Positions 39,590 through 48,736 of a stretch of 64,000 nucleotides of DNA are shown here, piece by piece. The translations under genes were made by a program, and so were the position numbers. The stretch lies in the IMG/VR virus record IMGVR_UViG_3300031595_000004. The stretch is one strand, 5' to 3'. The notes under the pieces were generated by a model. The model made no database searches, was not told where the DNA came from, and saw only the letters and a list, made by a program, of their open reading frames with translations. The first letter of the stretch is position 1. Every line of letters begins with the position of its first letter. The DNA comes from an uncultured virus (IMG/VR IMGVR_UViG_3300031595_000004). Lineage: Duplodnaviria > Heunggongvirae > Uroviricota > Caudoviricetes.

Positions 39590-40746
39590 GAAAGCCGCTT
39601 GATGCTCAAAGTAGCGCTGACCGAATGCGTACCGCCTGCGTCTGTCGTTATCGTGAGCGCTGTGGGGTTACCGGCAGGGTTAATGACTGAAAGGACTTGA
39701 CCAGCGCCGATAGTGACGATGGTATTGCCGCTCCCTTGATTGGTGGTCGTAGCGCGGCCGATGACCGTGTCTGGCAAGCCTGCGCCGTTCAGGGCCAATT
39801 GTAGCTGACCCGCTTCGGTGAAGCTCACCTGCCAAGAAACTTCGTAGTCGCCCGCGTTGACGACGGTAAATGAAAACGCGTCCACGCGCACTGCTATACC
39901 GCCGCTTGCTGGTCCATCTTGCGGGAATGCAACGGGGGCATTGGCTGCTACCGTAGCGGCGTTGTCCCCAGGCATGAGCGCGAAGAAGAGTGCATAGCCA
40001 AGATTGCCACTTGCTCCAGTTGCTCCGCTCGCTCCAGTTGCGCCTGCGCCAGTTGCGCCCGCAGGTCCGCTCGCTCCAGTTGCGCCGGAGCCGGCTACAC
40101 CAGTGGCCCCTACAGGTCCGCTTGCTCCAGTTGCGCCGGCAGGTCCACTTGCTCCAGTGGCGCCAGAACCGGCAGGTCCAGTAGGGCCAGTAGTTCCTGA
40201 ATTACCAGTAGGACCTGTAGCGCCGGTCGCCCCTGAACCGCTAGGTCCTGTAGCGCCAGTAGCACCGCTAGACCCTGTAGCGCCAGATCCAGAACCGCCT
40301 GATCCGGTCGCTCCCGTTGCTCCCGCACTTCCACTAGGACCAACGGGTCCCGTGGCGCCACCCCCATCGATGGGCCACGGATACGGAACGATTGCCTGAT
40401 TGTCGAAATAATCGTCACTCGCCAAAATGAGCGCGATTATCGATTGACAAAGAGTCGTAAAGGACGACGGATCGATTGTCTCTGTCGTAAGCTGGGTAAA
40501 GCGATTCTCCCAGATCGCTTTGCAAGTCTTCTCAATAAGGAAGACTTCGAGTGTGTTGGGGTTCGTATTCGGATCGATTCCCCACGCCTGGTCAAACGAC
40601 GTCGCGAACGCGCCTGCGATGACGGCGCTTTCTTGGTAGATGGCCGCATCCACATTCGTAAGGACCCTACCGCTTGCGGCGAGTCCAGAGACAACTCCGG
40701 CATAGGCCGCTGTGAAAACGGTGGTACTATTGGGGACGTAGGCCAT
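39586..40746 (-). CDS. Collagen-like fibre, family A, with BclA-CTD-like (C1q/TNF fold) head
   Basis: Anchor domain, GAT triplets, head [22 protein letters not shown]...SATLSIKRL. Confidence 0.8.
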   Translation of the reverse strand: MAYVPNSTTVFTAAYAGVVSGLAASGRVLTNVDAAIYQESAVIAGAFATSFDQAWGIDPNTNPNTLEVFLIEKTCKAIWENRFTQLTTETIDPSSFTTLCQSIIALILASDDYFDNQAIVPYPWPIDGGGATGPVGPSGSAGATGATGSGGSGSGATGSSGATGATGPSGSGATGATGPTGNSGTTGPTGPAGSGATGASGPAGATGASGPVGATGVAGSGATGASGPAGATGAGATGASGATGASGNLGYALFFALMPGDNAATVAANAPVAFPQDGPASGGIAVRVDAFSFTVVNAGDYEVSWQVSFTEAGQLQLALNGAGLPDTVIGRATTTNQGSGNTIVTIGAGQVLSVINPAGNPTALTITTDAGGTHSVSATLSIKRLS

Positions 40747-40758
40747 GGACCAGCCGCC

Positions 40759-41541
40759 TTACGCGATTTGACGAATGTTGAGCGTGGCGCTGACCGAATG
40801 TGTACCGCCGGCCGTTGGCGTGATAGTGAGCGCCGTCGAGTTACCTGCCGGATTGATGAGTGAAAGAACTTGTCCAGCAGTCGCCGTGATGATAGTGTTG
40901 CCCGAGATCTGGTCTGTCCCAGTGGCGCGACCTGTCACGGTATCGGGGAGACCACTGCCGCCGATTGCCAGTTGAAGCTGACCGGCTTCGGTCACGCTCA
41001 CCTGCCACGAGACGGCGTACGTGCCCGTATTCAGCAATGTGAAGGAGTAGTTGTCAACACGCGTCGCAATGGGAGATGCGCTTACGGGCCCCGTCTGCGG
41101 GAACGCGACTGGAGCACCGACAGCAACCGTTGCGCTGTTGTCCCCAGGCATGAGCGCAAAGAACGCGGCGAAACCTCCAACACCTGGAGCGGGGGCAGGG
41201 GGGATGACAACACCAGCTCCCAGGTTCGCAGCCGCGAGCGTATAGAGTTCGAGAATAGACGTCGCGAGAGCGAAGTAGGCATTGGGCAGGGTCAGAGTCG
41301 CGTCCACGAAAGGCCGACCCTCGGTTGCAGCGGCGCAAATGCCTGCAAGGAGAATCTCTTCGTCGATAGTAGTCAATGCGAGAGGAACGGCTGCAAAGAC
41401 GGCTTCGAGCTGAACCGCAAACGCGTTGGCGCCTGCAATCTGTACCGAGTAATCGGCCGCCAGATCCAACCCTTGGATACCGCGACCGTTAAAAACTCCT
41501 TCGACCGCGCCTTGATAGGCCGCATTCTGAGTAACAGACAT
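40759..41541 (-). CDS. Spike protein with BclA-CTD-like head, no collagen shaft
   Basis: Head very similar to 39586-40746; N-terminal domain shared with 41583-42467. Confidence 0.7.
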   Translation of the reverse strand: MSVTQNAAYQGAVEGVFNGRGIQGLDLAADYSVQIAGANAFAVQLEAVFAAVPLALTTIDEEILLAGICAAATEGRPFVDATLTLPNAYFALATSILELYTLAAANLGAGVVIPPAPAPGVGGFAAFFALMPGDNSATVAVGAPVAFPQTGPVSASPIATRVDNYSFTLLNTGTYAVSWQVSVTEAGQLQLAIGGSGLPDTVTGRATGTDQISGNTIITATAGQVLSLINPAGNSTALTITPTAGGTHSVSATLNIRQIA

Positions 41542-41582
41542 TGATATCTCTCCTTTGGTTTTGGGTTAGTGCGTGAACTTAC

Positions 41583-42467
41583 CTAGCCGACTCTGGAAAG
41601 CATGAGCGATCGATTGCAAGAGCCAGCGTCCGCGCCAGTGGCCGCGGGATTGGTGACCGTGACCGTATCGGTAACCGTGTTGGTCCGATTGTGCAGGGTT
41701 ACGCTCGCTCCGGCGGCCAAGTGGATGATACCGTGTCCCCGAACCGTCTGCTGAATTGTTGGATTGAGCGCACCAACGAATTGGTAGGTCCGCGCTACGG
41801 AGGCCCCATTGACATAGAGCTCGAAAACGAGCGGCGTCGTCGCTTGAGCCGCGTGCGTTCCTGTCACGTAAAAGTCAAACTCGTAGTCGCCTGTCGTAGC
41901 AACCACGAACGCCGTGCCCGCAGGAGCCGGAACACTCGAGAAGCCTGCGTTCGGGTAGGGAGTGCCGCCGAGATCGAAAACAACGTCCGCATCTGCGCCA
42001 ATGCTCGTGCTCGATGCGCCGTAGGCCACTCCGTATGCGGGAGTGACTCCACCTCCGCCGCCTGCGCCCGTAGCGCCGGCAGGTCCGGTCGCGCCAGAAG
42101 GGCCCGTCGGTCCCGTTGCGCCTGAGGGCAATACGATTCCGCTTCCGAGGTCGGCGACCGCGACGCTATAAAGTTCGAGGATGGACGTGGCGAGATCGAA
42201 ATACGTATTGGGGAGGGTGAGAGTCCCGTCGACCAAAGGACGCCCTTCGAGGGCGGCTGCACAAATACTCACCAAGAGTAGCTCTTGGTCGAGCGTCGTC
42301 ACGGACACGGAGGCAGTAGCGAAGACGGCTGCAACCTGCGTCGCGAAAGCGTTTGCGCCCGCCACATTGACGTCGTAGTCGGCGGCGAGATCCAATCCTT
42401 GGATACCGCGGCCGTCGAAAGCTCCCTGGATTGCGCCTTCGAAGGCGGCATTCTGTGTAGCGGACAT
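41583..42467 (-). CDS. Spike protein with short collagen and C1q/BclA-like head
   Basis: MS.TQNAA..GA..G.F.GRGIQGLDLAADY N-domain; GDYEFDFYV. Confidence 0.7.
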   Translation of the reverse strand: MSATQNAAFEGAIQGAFDGRGIQGLDLAADYDVNVAGANAFATQVAAVFATASVSVTTLDQELLLVSICAAALEGRPLVDGTLTLPNTYFDLATSILELYSVAVADLGSGIVLPSGATGPTGPSGATGPAGATGAGGGGGVTPAYGVAYGASSTSIGADADVVFDLGGTPYPNAGFSSVPAPAGTAFVVATTGDYEFDFYVTGTHAAQATTPLVFELYVNGASVARTYQFVGALNPTIQQTVRGHGIIHLAAGASVTLHNRTNTVTDTVTVTNPAATGADAGSCNRSLMLSRVG

Positions 42468-42561
42468 GGTACTTCGTACCCTCTCTCTTCCCCCATTTTT
42501 AGAGGGAACTGTCTATCTCTATTCTCTCGCTCTCTTTGCCGCACCATGCGGCAGAGGAATT

Positions 42562-43140
42562 TTATCCTGTCCTCTTGAAGTACGAATTCTCGTTTGCTTC
42601 CATTCCGCACACCTTGCTTGGGTCCTCGAACCCGTGCGGCGTTTGGACGAGAATGTGATAGTTCGTTTGATTGTCTTTCTTGTCGACCATCCAGCGAAAG
42701 ACTGGTTTTGACTTGATCCCTTGCGCTGCGTACTCCGCGATAAGTGCGGCTGTGAGACTCTTACAATCCCCAAAGCCGCGACGGTAGAGCGCTGGAATCG
42801 AGTCCCAGACCTGCGTACGGTCGTAATAGACGCCGCTCTCATAAAGCGGCGCGATGCATCCAGGTCGAAACTGTAAGAAGATAAGATTGATAGCGCCAAG
42901 GCAGTGTAGAAGCGCTTGAAGTGCTTTCGCATTATCGACCGGGTCTGACGCCGAATCGAAACACGAAGGCAAATCAAACGTGACGCAGTACGCCGGACCG
43001 TTTCGAAGGGTGGCGCCACGTTTCCCACAACTGCCTTGTATGGTCTCGGCGGTAGTAACGAGAATGTTTCTCACACGTCGATTCTCCTCAGGATTTGATC
43101 CCTGAGTGAACACATGCGGGATACAGAACTCGATTTGCAC
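42562..43140 (-). CDS. Transglutaminase-like cysteine protease (candidate maturation protease)
   Basis: GDCKSL (Cys), YHILV (His), EDPS (Asp) in transglutaminase-like order. Confidence 0.75.
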   Translation of the reverse strand: MQIEFCIPHVFTQGSNPEENRRVRNILVTTAETIQGSCGKRGATLRNGPAYCVTFDLPSCFDSASDPVDNAKALQALLHCLGAINLIFLQFRPGCIAPLYESGVYYDRTQVWDSIPALYRRGFGDCKSLTAALIAEYAAQGIKSKPVFRWMVDKKDNQTNYHILVQTPHGFEDPSKVCGMEANENSYFKRTG

Positions 43141-43231
43141 GCCTGACCTCCGCTTTTGCCTTTCTCAGCTTAATGGGAGAAAGGTAATTGCCAATACACG
43201 TCCTAGTTCATGAACTAGGGTACGCAGTACC

Positions 43232-43966
43232 TTAGCAGCCGCCGCCGCCGGCGATCGTGCTCGGTCCCTGAACGGTCGCAACGAAGGTGTACGAGAACCC
43301 CGTGGCAAACCCGGGCGGAATGAAGCCCGTGTAGTTTCCGGTGACCGTGAGCCGGTTCGCGGGCTCGAGAGTCGGCAGGTCGAGGGCGACTCCCTGCGCA
43401 AGTGCCGAATACGTGAAAGCGTCTTCCGTGTCGCCGACGAAGGCGTTCACGTTCGCGACTTGCAGGCCACTGAGGAGAACGAAGTTCGGCGCCGGAGCGT
43501 TGAAGACAACGCGCTGGGGACGGATCTTCGTATTGGGCTGCAAGGTCATGTCGACGAGCGGGGTCGGCGTGCCGAGCGTGAAGAGGTTGGTCAAGGAGAA
43601 CGAGTATCGTTCGATCTTGAGCAAGCTGTTCTCGTTCGGGTCGAGTAGTGCCGCACGGGCCGCCGTGTGGCCCATGAGCTGGTGGTGGTGGTGCCACGCC
43701 CGGACCATTTCCGGATGCGCGTGACGGCCAGGGGGAGCCGCGACGGGCGGGGGAGCTCCCTCCGCGCCGTAGTCGTACCCGAACCCGTATCCGAAGTCCG
43801 CAACCTGTCGCGGCATTCGGCGCGGCATTGCCTGACGAGCCTGGGGATACGCAGATCCACGGCCGTAGCCGCGGGGAGCGTAGCCGAAGTCACTGCCCGG
43901 AAGGGCGCCCATGACCGCGGCGAGTGCCGGGTCACGCATCGAGAGCTGAGAAGCGTTCGGTCGCAT
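43232..43966 (-). CDS. Candidate major capsid protein (single jelly-roll with disordered N-terminal leader)
   Basis: About 100-aa low-complexity leader then about 140 aa of beta-strand patterns (QPNTKIRPQRVVF, LQVANVN, LDLPT...LTVTG); strong AGGAG RBS; next to the protease. Confidence 0.5.
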   Translation of the reverse strand: MRPNASQLSMRDPALAAVMGALPGSDFGYAPRGYGRGSAYPQARQAMPRRMPRQVADFGYGFGYDYGAEGAPPPVAAPPGRHAHPEMVRAWHHHHQLMGHTAARAALLDPNENSLLKIERYSFSLTNLFTLGTPTPLVDMTLQPNTKIRPQRVVFNAPAPNFVLLSGLQVANVNAFVGDTEDAFTYSALAQGVALDLPTLEPANRLTVTGNYTGFIPPGFATGFSYTFVATVQGPSTIAGGGGC

Positions 43967-44076
43967 GTGATGATTCTCCTTGGTTATTGCTGCGCAAACT
44001 AGATATCGATTCGTCGTCGACTATATTTGCGTACAACCCAAAGACGCTAAGATAATTCAAGAACTAAGCAAATCTT

Positions 44077-45183
44077 TTAGTACCCTGGATCCCTGTAATA
44101 AGGATTGGCCCGAAGTGCCAACATGTACGCCGTCTGCGCATTGTACGCAGGCGCCAAGGCTGGCCGACCGTAGAGGTCTACGGGCGAATACGATTCGGGG
44201 ATGGGGTACGCGTACTGCCCTGCGTAGTACGGTAGTGGCCGCATCGGTTGCGCGCGCCGATGATGATGCAAAGGACGAGCGAGCATCGAAGGCGGAAGTG
44301 CCGCGGGGGGAGGAGGAGGGGGAGGGGGCGGTCCCTTCGCTGCTGCGATGACGCTGGACGTTCCGGCAGCGACTGCGTTGATTGCGTCGAGAACGCCGCC
44401 AAGACCGCTCGTAGTCGGATTGGCGTCTTGATTGATACGTTGCACGGGCGCTGGGGGAGAAGCCGTGATCGTATCCATCGGCATGACCATCGGATCTCCG
44501 TCGCCAGCGAAGACGCCCCTCGTCGGTGAACGCGACGGATACCGACCCCAATTCGAAAGAATCGGCATTGACAGATCCCCTGCGAAAACACCCTTCAAGG
44601 GAGAGCGCGACGGATACCGACCCCAATTGGAAAGGATCGGCGGCGAGAGGTCTCCACCGAAAACGCCTGGACCGTCATACTCCCAACCGTATTGGGCTGC
44701 CCGCATCTTCGCGTACGCCCCTCCGCATGTTCCGAGCGGATCGCAGCCGAAGTCGTCTTCTTCCTCTCCCATCGGGCGATCATATCCGCTCGTGTAGAGA
44801 TCGGGACCGTACTGGCCGCTCCAACCCGGATCGGGATTGTCGCCGCTCATGGGTGACAGGTGATTGCTATGATAGAGGTCCGGTCCCATGTGACCACGCC
44901 AGCCGATACGGCGCGCGCCTCCAGCTTGACACGAAGCGCAGACTCCGCCGCAGGTGCATTCAGCGCCCATATCTCCTCCGCTATCGTCGTCTCCTCCTCC
45001 ACCGTCTCCTCCACTACCGTCATCCCCTCCGCCGTCGTCTCCTCCGCCGTCATCGGACGGAGGAGCAAAATCTCCGCCTCCTTGATGGCGCCGACGATGG
45101 TGGTGAGAATGGCTATGGCTGGAAGACTTGTGTCCGCCAGCCGCTTTCTTTGCGCCTCCGATGTCAAATCCAAAGCCGTCCAT
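44077..45183 (-). CDS. Low-complexity modular protein (putative virion precursor)
   Basis: His tract, Gly/Asp tract, 2x GDLSxPILSNWGRYPSRSP repeats, poly-Pro. Confidence 0.65.
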   Translation of the reverse strand: MDGFGFDIGGAKKAAGGHKSSSHSHSHHHRRRHQGGGDFAPPSDDGGGDDGGGDDGSGGDGGGGDDDSGGDMGAECTCGGVCASCQAGGARRIGWRGHMGPDLYHSNHLSPMSGDNPDPGWSGQYGPDLYTSGYDRPMGEEEDDFGCDPLGTCGGAYAKMRAAQYGWEYDGPGVFGGDLSPPILSNWGRYPSRSPLKGVFAGDLSMPILSNWGRYPSRSPTRGVFAGDGDPMVMPMDTITASPPAPVQRINQDANPTTSGLGGVLDAINAVAAGTSSVIAAAKGPPPPPPPPPAALPPSMLARPLHHHRRAQPMRPLPYYAGQYAYPIPESYSPVDLYGRPALAPAYNAQTAYMLALRANPYYRDPGY

Positions 45184-45221
45184 GGCTTTTACCCCTTTCG
45201 GGTTTAGTTCGTGAACTAGGG

Positions 45222-46244
45222 CTAGTACGCGCCGATGGCGAGCTGGCCGTTGTGATTCGAAATTCCTTGGCCCGCGCCCGAGGGGTCTGTGACGATAGAC
45301 GTGTGTTGCCAGTTGCCGCTCGTGTCCTTGCAGGTGCAGCGGAGCGTCTGTCCGTCGTAATTGCAGGTGTTGCACGTCTGCTGGTAGCTACCAGGTGGAA
45401 GACCGTATTGCTGTCCAGGAGCGCCCGTTGGCATGGGACCCGTTCCTGGAGTGACTCCTGGCCAGCCGCCTTGTCCTTGCGGACCCCAACCTTGTCCGCC
45501 CTGACCAGGATAGCCGCCACCTTGCGGACCCATCATTGCCTGACCGCCCTGGTGATGGTGATGATGGTGATGACCGCCTTGCGAACCGCGAGGACGGTAG
45601 CCGCCAGGACCGTACCGGAAGTTTGCAGACTGCGGAACGTTCACGAAGTTTTGAGCGGAGTTCGGCCAAACTCCAAACGTGCCCTTGCTCGCTTGGTGCA
45701 AGAGTTCCATCTCGGTACCGACGTCTCCGTGAAAGTGCCGCGCACGCTCGGCCAAGATGCGCCGATAGCGGTCTTGTTCGTAGCGGCTAAGTCGTCCCCA
45801 TGCGAAGGCGTCCCAGCGCCTGTCGCGCGGGTCAAAGCGCGGGTCGAGGTAGAGCGCTTCGGGGTAATGGTGTGGATGCCGACGATGGCGATAGTGAGGC
45901 GCGTACGGCGCGTACGGGATGGGGATAACGGGAGGAGCCGGAGGCATGATGGCGTCTGGAATGCCCTGCGCCACTTGCGCAACGGCGTCGAGTACGCCTC
46001 CTTGACCTCCCTGATCGTCGTCCTGCGGCTGCGACGGATCGTCGGTGTCGTCTTGTCCAAATACACGAAAACCGGGCACGGACGGATCGCATCCGAAATC
46101 GTCCATGTCTGCCATCGGCGCGACCGGAGCGGGGGGACCGAAGTCTCCCCCGTCCGTCTGCCAGGGCGGAATGGGCAAAAACGCGTGATGGTGGTGATGG
46201 TGGCGGAAACGCTCTTGACCGCGATAGCTTCCAAATTCGGACAT
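45222..46244 (-). CDS. His/Gly/Gln-rich protein with C-terminal cyanovirin-N-like (CVNH) domain
   Basis: PPGSYQQTC..C..DG..LRC.C....GNW..TSI.....ISNHNGQL. Confidence 0.65.
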   Translation of the reverse strand: MSEFGSYRGQERFRHHHHHHAFLPIPPWQTDGGDFGPPAPVAPMADMDDFGCDPSVPGFRVFGQDDTDDPSQPQDDDQGGQGGVLDAVAQVAQGIPDAIMPPAPPVIPIPYAPYAPHYRHRRHPHHYPEALYLDPRFDPRDRRWDAFAWGRLSRYEQDRYRRILAERARHFHGDVGTEMELLHQASKGTFGVWPNSAQNFVNVPQSANFRYGPGGYRPRGSQGGHHHHHHHQGGQAMMGPQGGGYPGQGGQGWGPQGQGGWPGVTPGTGPMPTGAPGQQYGLPPGSYQQTCNTCNYDGQTLRCTCKDTSGNWQHTSIVTDPSGAGQGISNHNGQLAIGAY

Positions 46245-46317
46245 GATGTCCTCCCGAAACTTTTTGCTTGGGTTATGGGTTACGGGGGGATTTCACGCGC
46301 CCCGATAGGATTGGCGC

Positions 46318-46755
46318 CTAGCCAAGACGCGCCGCTGCCGCCAAGACCGGGTCGCTATCGATATCGACTTCGCCCGCGTGAGCCGCGACTGCGGGATGCG
46401 GACGGCCCGCACCGAGCATCGGACGCCCACGAAGATGGATGTAGCGCTCGGTCGCGCGGTAGCTCGAGATGGCGAGTCCCGCGACCGAAGCCTGCCGGAC
46501 CAAGTCCCTCGTCGATTTGCTTGCGCTGACGACGAGGGAAAGGCCGAGACCCGCAAGCGATCCTGCGATGTCCAGGGGGACGCGCTTTCGGCCGACGGTC
46601 GCTTCGAGATCGGTCTTGGAGTGAGCAGCGGCGTATCCGATACCGATGCCCGTGGCGGTCGCGACAACGCCGTCGTGAATGATCTCTTTGCCTTCCCCGC
46701 CCTTCCAGCGGCTGGCGGCGAGGTCGTAGTGTTTGCGGATGAAGGATTCGGCCAT
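46318..46755 (-). CDS. Virion membrane protein, paralogue of 48088-48591
   Basis: Hydrophobic helices, VPLD, HAGEVDIDSDPVL tail. Confidence 0.6.
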   Translation of the reverse strand: MAESFIRKHYDLAASRWKGGEGKEIIHDGVVATATGIGIGYAAAHSKTDLEATVGRKRVPLDIAGSLAGLGLSLVVSASKSTRDLVRQASVAGLAISSYRATERYIHLRGRPMLGAGRPHPAVAAHAGEVDIDSDPVLAAAARLG

Positions 46756-46810
46756 TTTCTGTTTTCCTTGTTTGAGCCCATGTTGGGCAGTTTGACTAAT
46801 TCACGAACTT

Positions 46811-47259
46811 TTAGCGATTGAACGGTTCAAAGACGATGGGCGGAACAGTCTTGGGCACTTCTTCGCCATTCAGTCTTCGAAACTCATTCATCGCGTAGGT
46901 CTTCCTGTCCCCCGGAGTCTTGCCGTAACCTTCGAGCTTCATCCACTTTGCAGGGTCCTTGCGATCCTCCGCATAGAAGACGAAGAACAGAGTGACGGTA
47001 CTCGAACCCCAGAGTCGCTTGATGCGGACTCCGCCGTTGTACCGCTCGGTAGAGGAGGCTACGACTTTGCGCATACTCAGATTCCGAGTACTTTTCGCGC
47101 CCTACGCGCAGATACAGAATCTCCTTCTTTCACCTTCTTCAGAAACTCTCTCGTGGTCGCTGCATACTTTTGCATGCGGCTCTTGCCTTCTGCGTCGAGT
47201 CCAAGAGCAGAGATGAGTTCTTTGCGTGTAAACGATCTGCGCTTTCGCTTGTGGGGCAT
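46811..47259 (-). CDS. Two small proteins (46811-47074; 47077-47259 MPHKRKRR)
   Basis: Tightly packed coding-strand ORFs. Confidence 0.6.
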
Positions 47260-47813
47260 TACCTCGTCCTCCGTTCGGCCGCCTGGTCTTCTTGGTAAAG
47301 AGCTTTGTTGTACTCTTTGCCGAGAAACTTCACTTTCGGATCATTCGGTAACTCGCTGATCGTTTTGCCTGGTCGCGAAGGCTTCCTGCACGCCCGCTGT
47401 CGCGCGCACGACCGCTTGCCCGACGACATGGGGTCCCTCACGTAGGGTAAGCCGGAGACCCGGCGCCAGCACGTCCCACGGTGCCTCGTCGACCAGAAAG
47501 CGCAAGCGCGGCTCGTGTCCTGAAAGATCGAGAACCACGCTCCACCCCTCCTGGGCTCCAGTACGCCCAGCAAAGTTGGCGTGGCACACGTAGCGGGCTC
47601 CGGTCGGCGGGCTCGTGCGTCCACCCGAACTCGGCGGCAAGAACTCTATGGAAACGGGCACCCACTTCATGCGAGATCCCAAAAACGCAGGGTTTGGGGC
47701 ATTACCTCGTCCTCCGTTCGGCCGCCTGGTCTTCTCGGTAAAGAGCTTTGTTGTACTCTTTGCCGAGAAACTTCACTTTTCGATCATTCGGTAACTCGCT
47801 GATCGTTTTGCCT
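47252..47813. repeat. 119-bp direct repeat (47252-47370 and 47695-47813, 3 mismatches)
   Basis: Direct comparison of the two copies. Confidence 0.95.
47341..47682 (-). CDS. Inserted GC-rich gene resembling stand-alone EF-Tu domain III
   Basis: GGRTSPP...Y and PG..LTLREG..VVG motifs; lies between the direct repeats. Confidence 0.45.
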   Translation of the reverse strand: MGSRMKWVPVSIEFLPPSSGGRTSPPTGARYVCHANFAGRTGAQEGWSVVLDLSGHEPRLRFLVDEAPWDVLAPGLRLTLREGPHVVGQAVVRATAGVQEAFATRQNDQRVTE

Positions 47814-48078
47814 TTGCGTGCTGCCGAGTTGAGCGCCTTGACGAGTAGTTCATGAATTCGCCAAGACGGCTTGTGTCGTTTCTTTGCGCGGCGCTTGTGC
47901 GGCATAACTACCTCTTACGAAGTAAATAATCGATTTGGTTTTCTATCGCGCGAATCTTTGAAGCATTGGCTGGCGTCTCTTCAACTGAATCCAGTTTATG
48001 GAGAATATGTTTCAGTCTTTCGTTGGTCAACTTACGCTGACCCTTATGCTTCTTCCTTGCGCGTCTCTTGGTAGGCAT
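47702..48078 (-). CDS. Two small basic proteins (47702-47905 MPHKRRAKK; 47908-48078 MPTKRRARKK)
   Basis: K/R-rich N-termini; second ORF hand-translated. Confidence 0.65.
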
Positions 48079-48087
48079 CGCAGTCGC

Positions 48088-48591
48088 CTAACGTCCCACT
48101 CCAAACGCCCGAGACGCTTGAAGCACGGGATCGTCCATATCGATGACGTCGCCGTGCGCGGCGGCGTGTCCGGGAAGCGCTTTTGCTCCCGAGTGAATAC
48201 CCTTGCCCCTTCGGCGCCAATCGCCAGCCTTTCGGTACGCGAGAACCGAAAGAGCCGAGCTTCCGAGATTCCGGAGATCGGCCGAGAGACCCGTCGCGTC
48301 GTTCGCCATCATGACGCTACCGAGTAGACCGACAGCAGCCGCTACACCGTCGATGGGTACGTTGTGCTGGCCCACCTGGACATCGAGGCTTCCACGCTCG
48401 GCTTCCAGAAGGCCAAGCGCCGCGCCCATGAGGCCCGATTCGCCACCCTGACGAACCGCCTGCGCGCCTTCGGTCACGTGACGTCTGATCCCCGCGCCAC
48501 CCCCCATTCCCTCGTACCACCGACGAATGGCACTCTTGGCCGGACGAGACATATTGGACTGGGAGATCTCTTCAGTGATTGCGTCGGCCAT
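48088..48591 (-). CDS. Virion membrane protein; first gene of the putative late operon
   Basis: Hydrophobic helices, VPIDG, HGDVIDMDDPVL tail. Confidence 0.6.
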   Translation of the reverse strand: MADAITEEISQSNMSRPAKSAIRRWYEGMGGGAGIRRHVTEGAQAVRQGGESGLMGAALGLLEAERGSLDVQVGQHNVPIDGVAAAVGLLGSVMMANDATGLSADLRNLGSSALSVLAYRKAGDWRRRGKGIHSGAKALPGHAAAHGDVIDMDDPVLQASRAFGVGR

Positions 48592-48623
48592 GTTGGAAAA
48601 TCCTCAGTGTGAAAATGCACCAA

Positions 48624-48650
48624 ACCCCGCTATCTGAAAGACAGCAGGGT
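48624..48650 (-). terminator. Stem-loop in the late-operon leader
   Basis: Minus strand ACCCTGCTGTCT-TTC-AGATAGCGGGGT, 12-bp stem with G-U pairs; weak U tail. Confidence 0.5.
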
Positions 48651-48696
48651 ATGAGCGGTAATTCTCGGATTGGTGGGAGTTCACACCAGTGTTAGA

Positions 48697-48725
48697 AGGG
48701 TATCATAGTCTCTAGTAGGTGTCAA
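48697..48725 (-). promoter_or_regulatory. sigma70-type promoter ahead of the structural region
   Basis: TTGACA-N17-TACCCT with TGn extended -10. Confidence 0.6.
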
Positions 48726-48736
48726 GTGGGTATTAT

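Noticed and set aside
43157..43186. Hairpin after the candidate capsid gene as an intrinsic terminator
   Set aside because: The stem is present but is followed by A's, not U's, on the coding strand.
44526..46529. 667-aa plus-strand ORF
   Set aside because: It is antisense to two coherent minus-strand genes and has no recognisable motifs.
23814..48078. Basic leaders as nuclear localisation signals implying a eukaryotic host
   Set aside because: Sigma70 promoters, Shine-Dalgarno sites, overlapping operons and peptidoglycan enzymes indicate a bacterial host.
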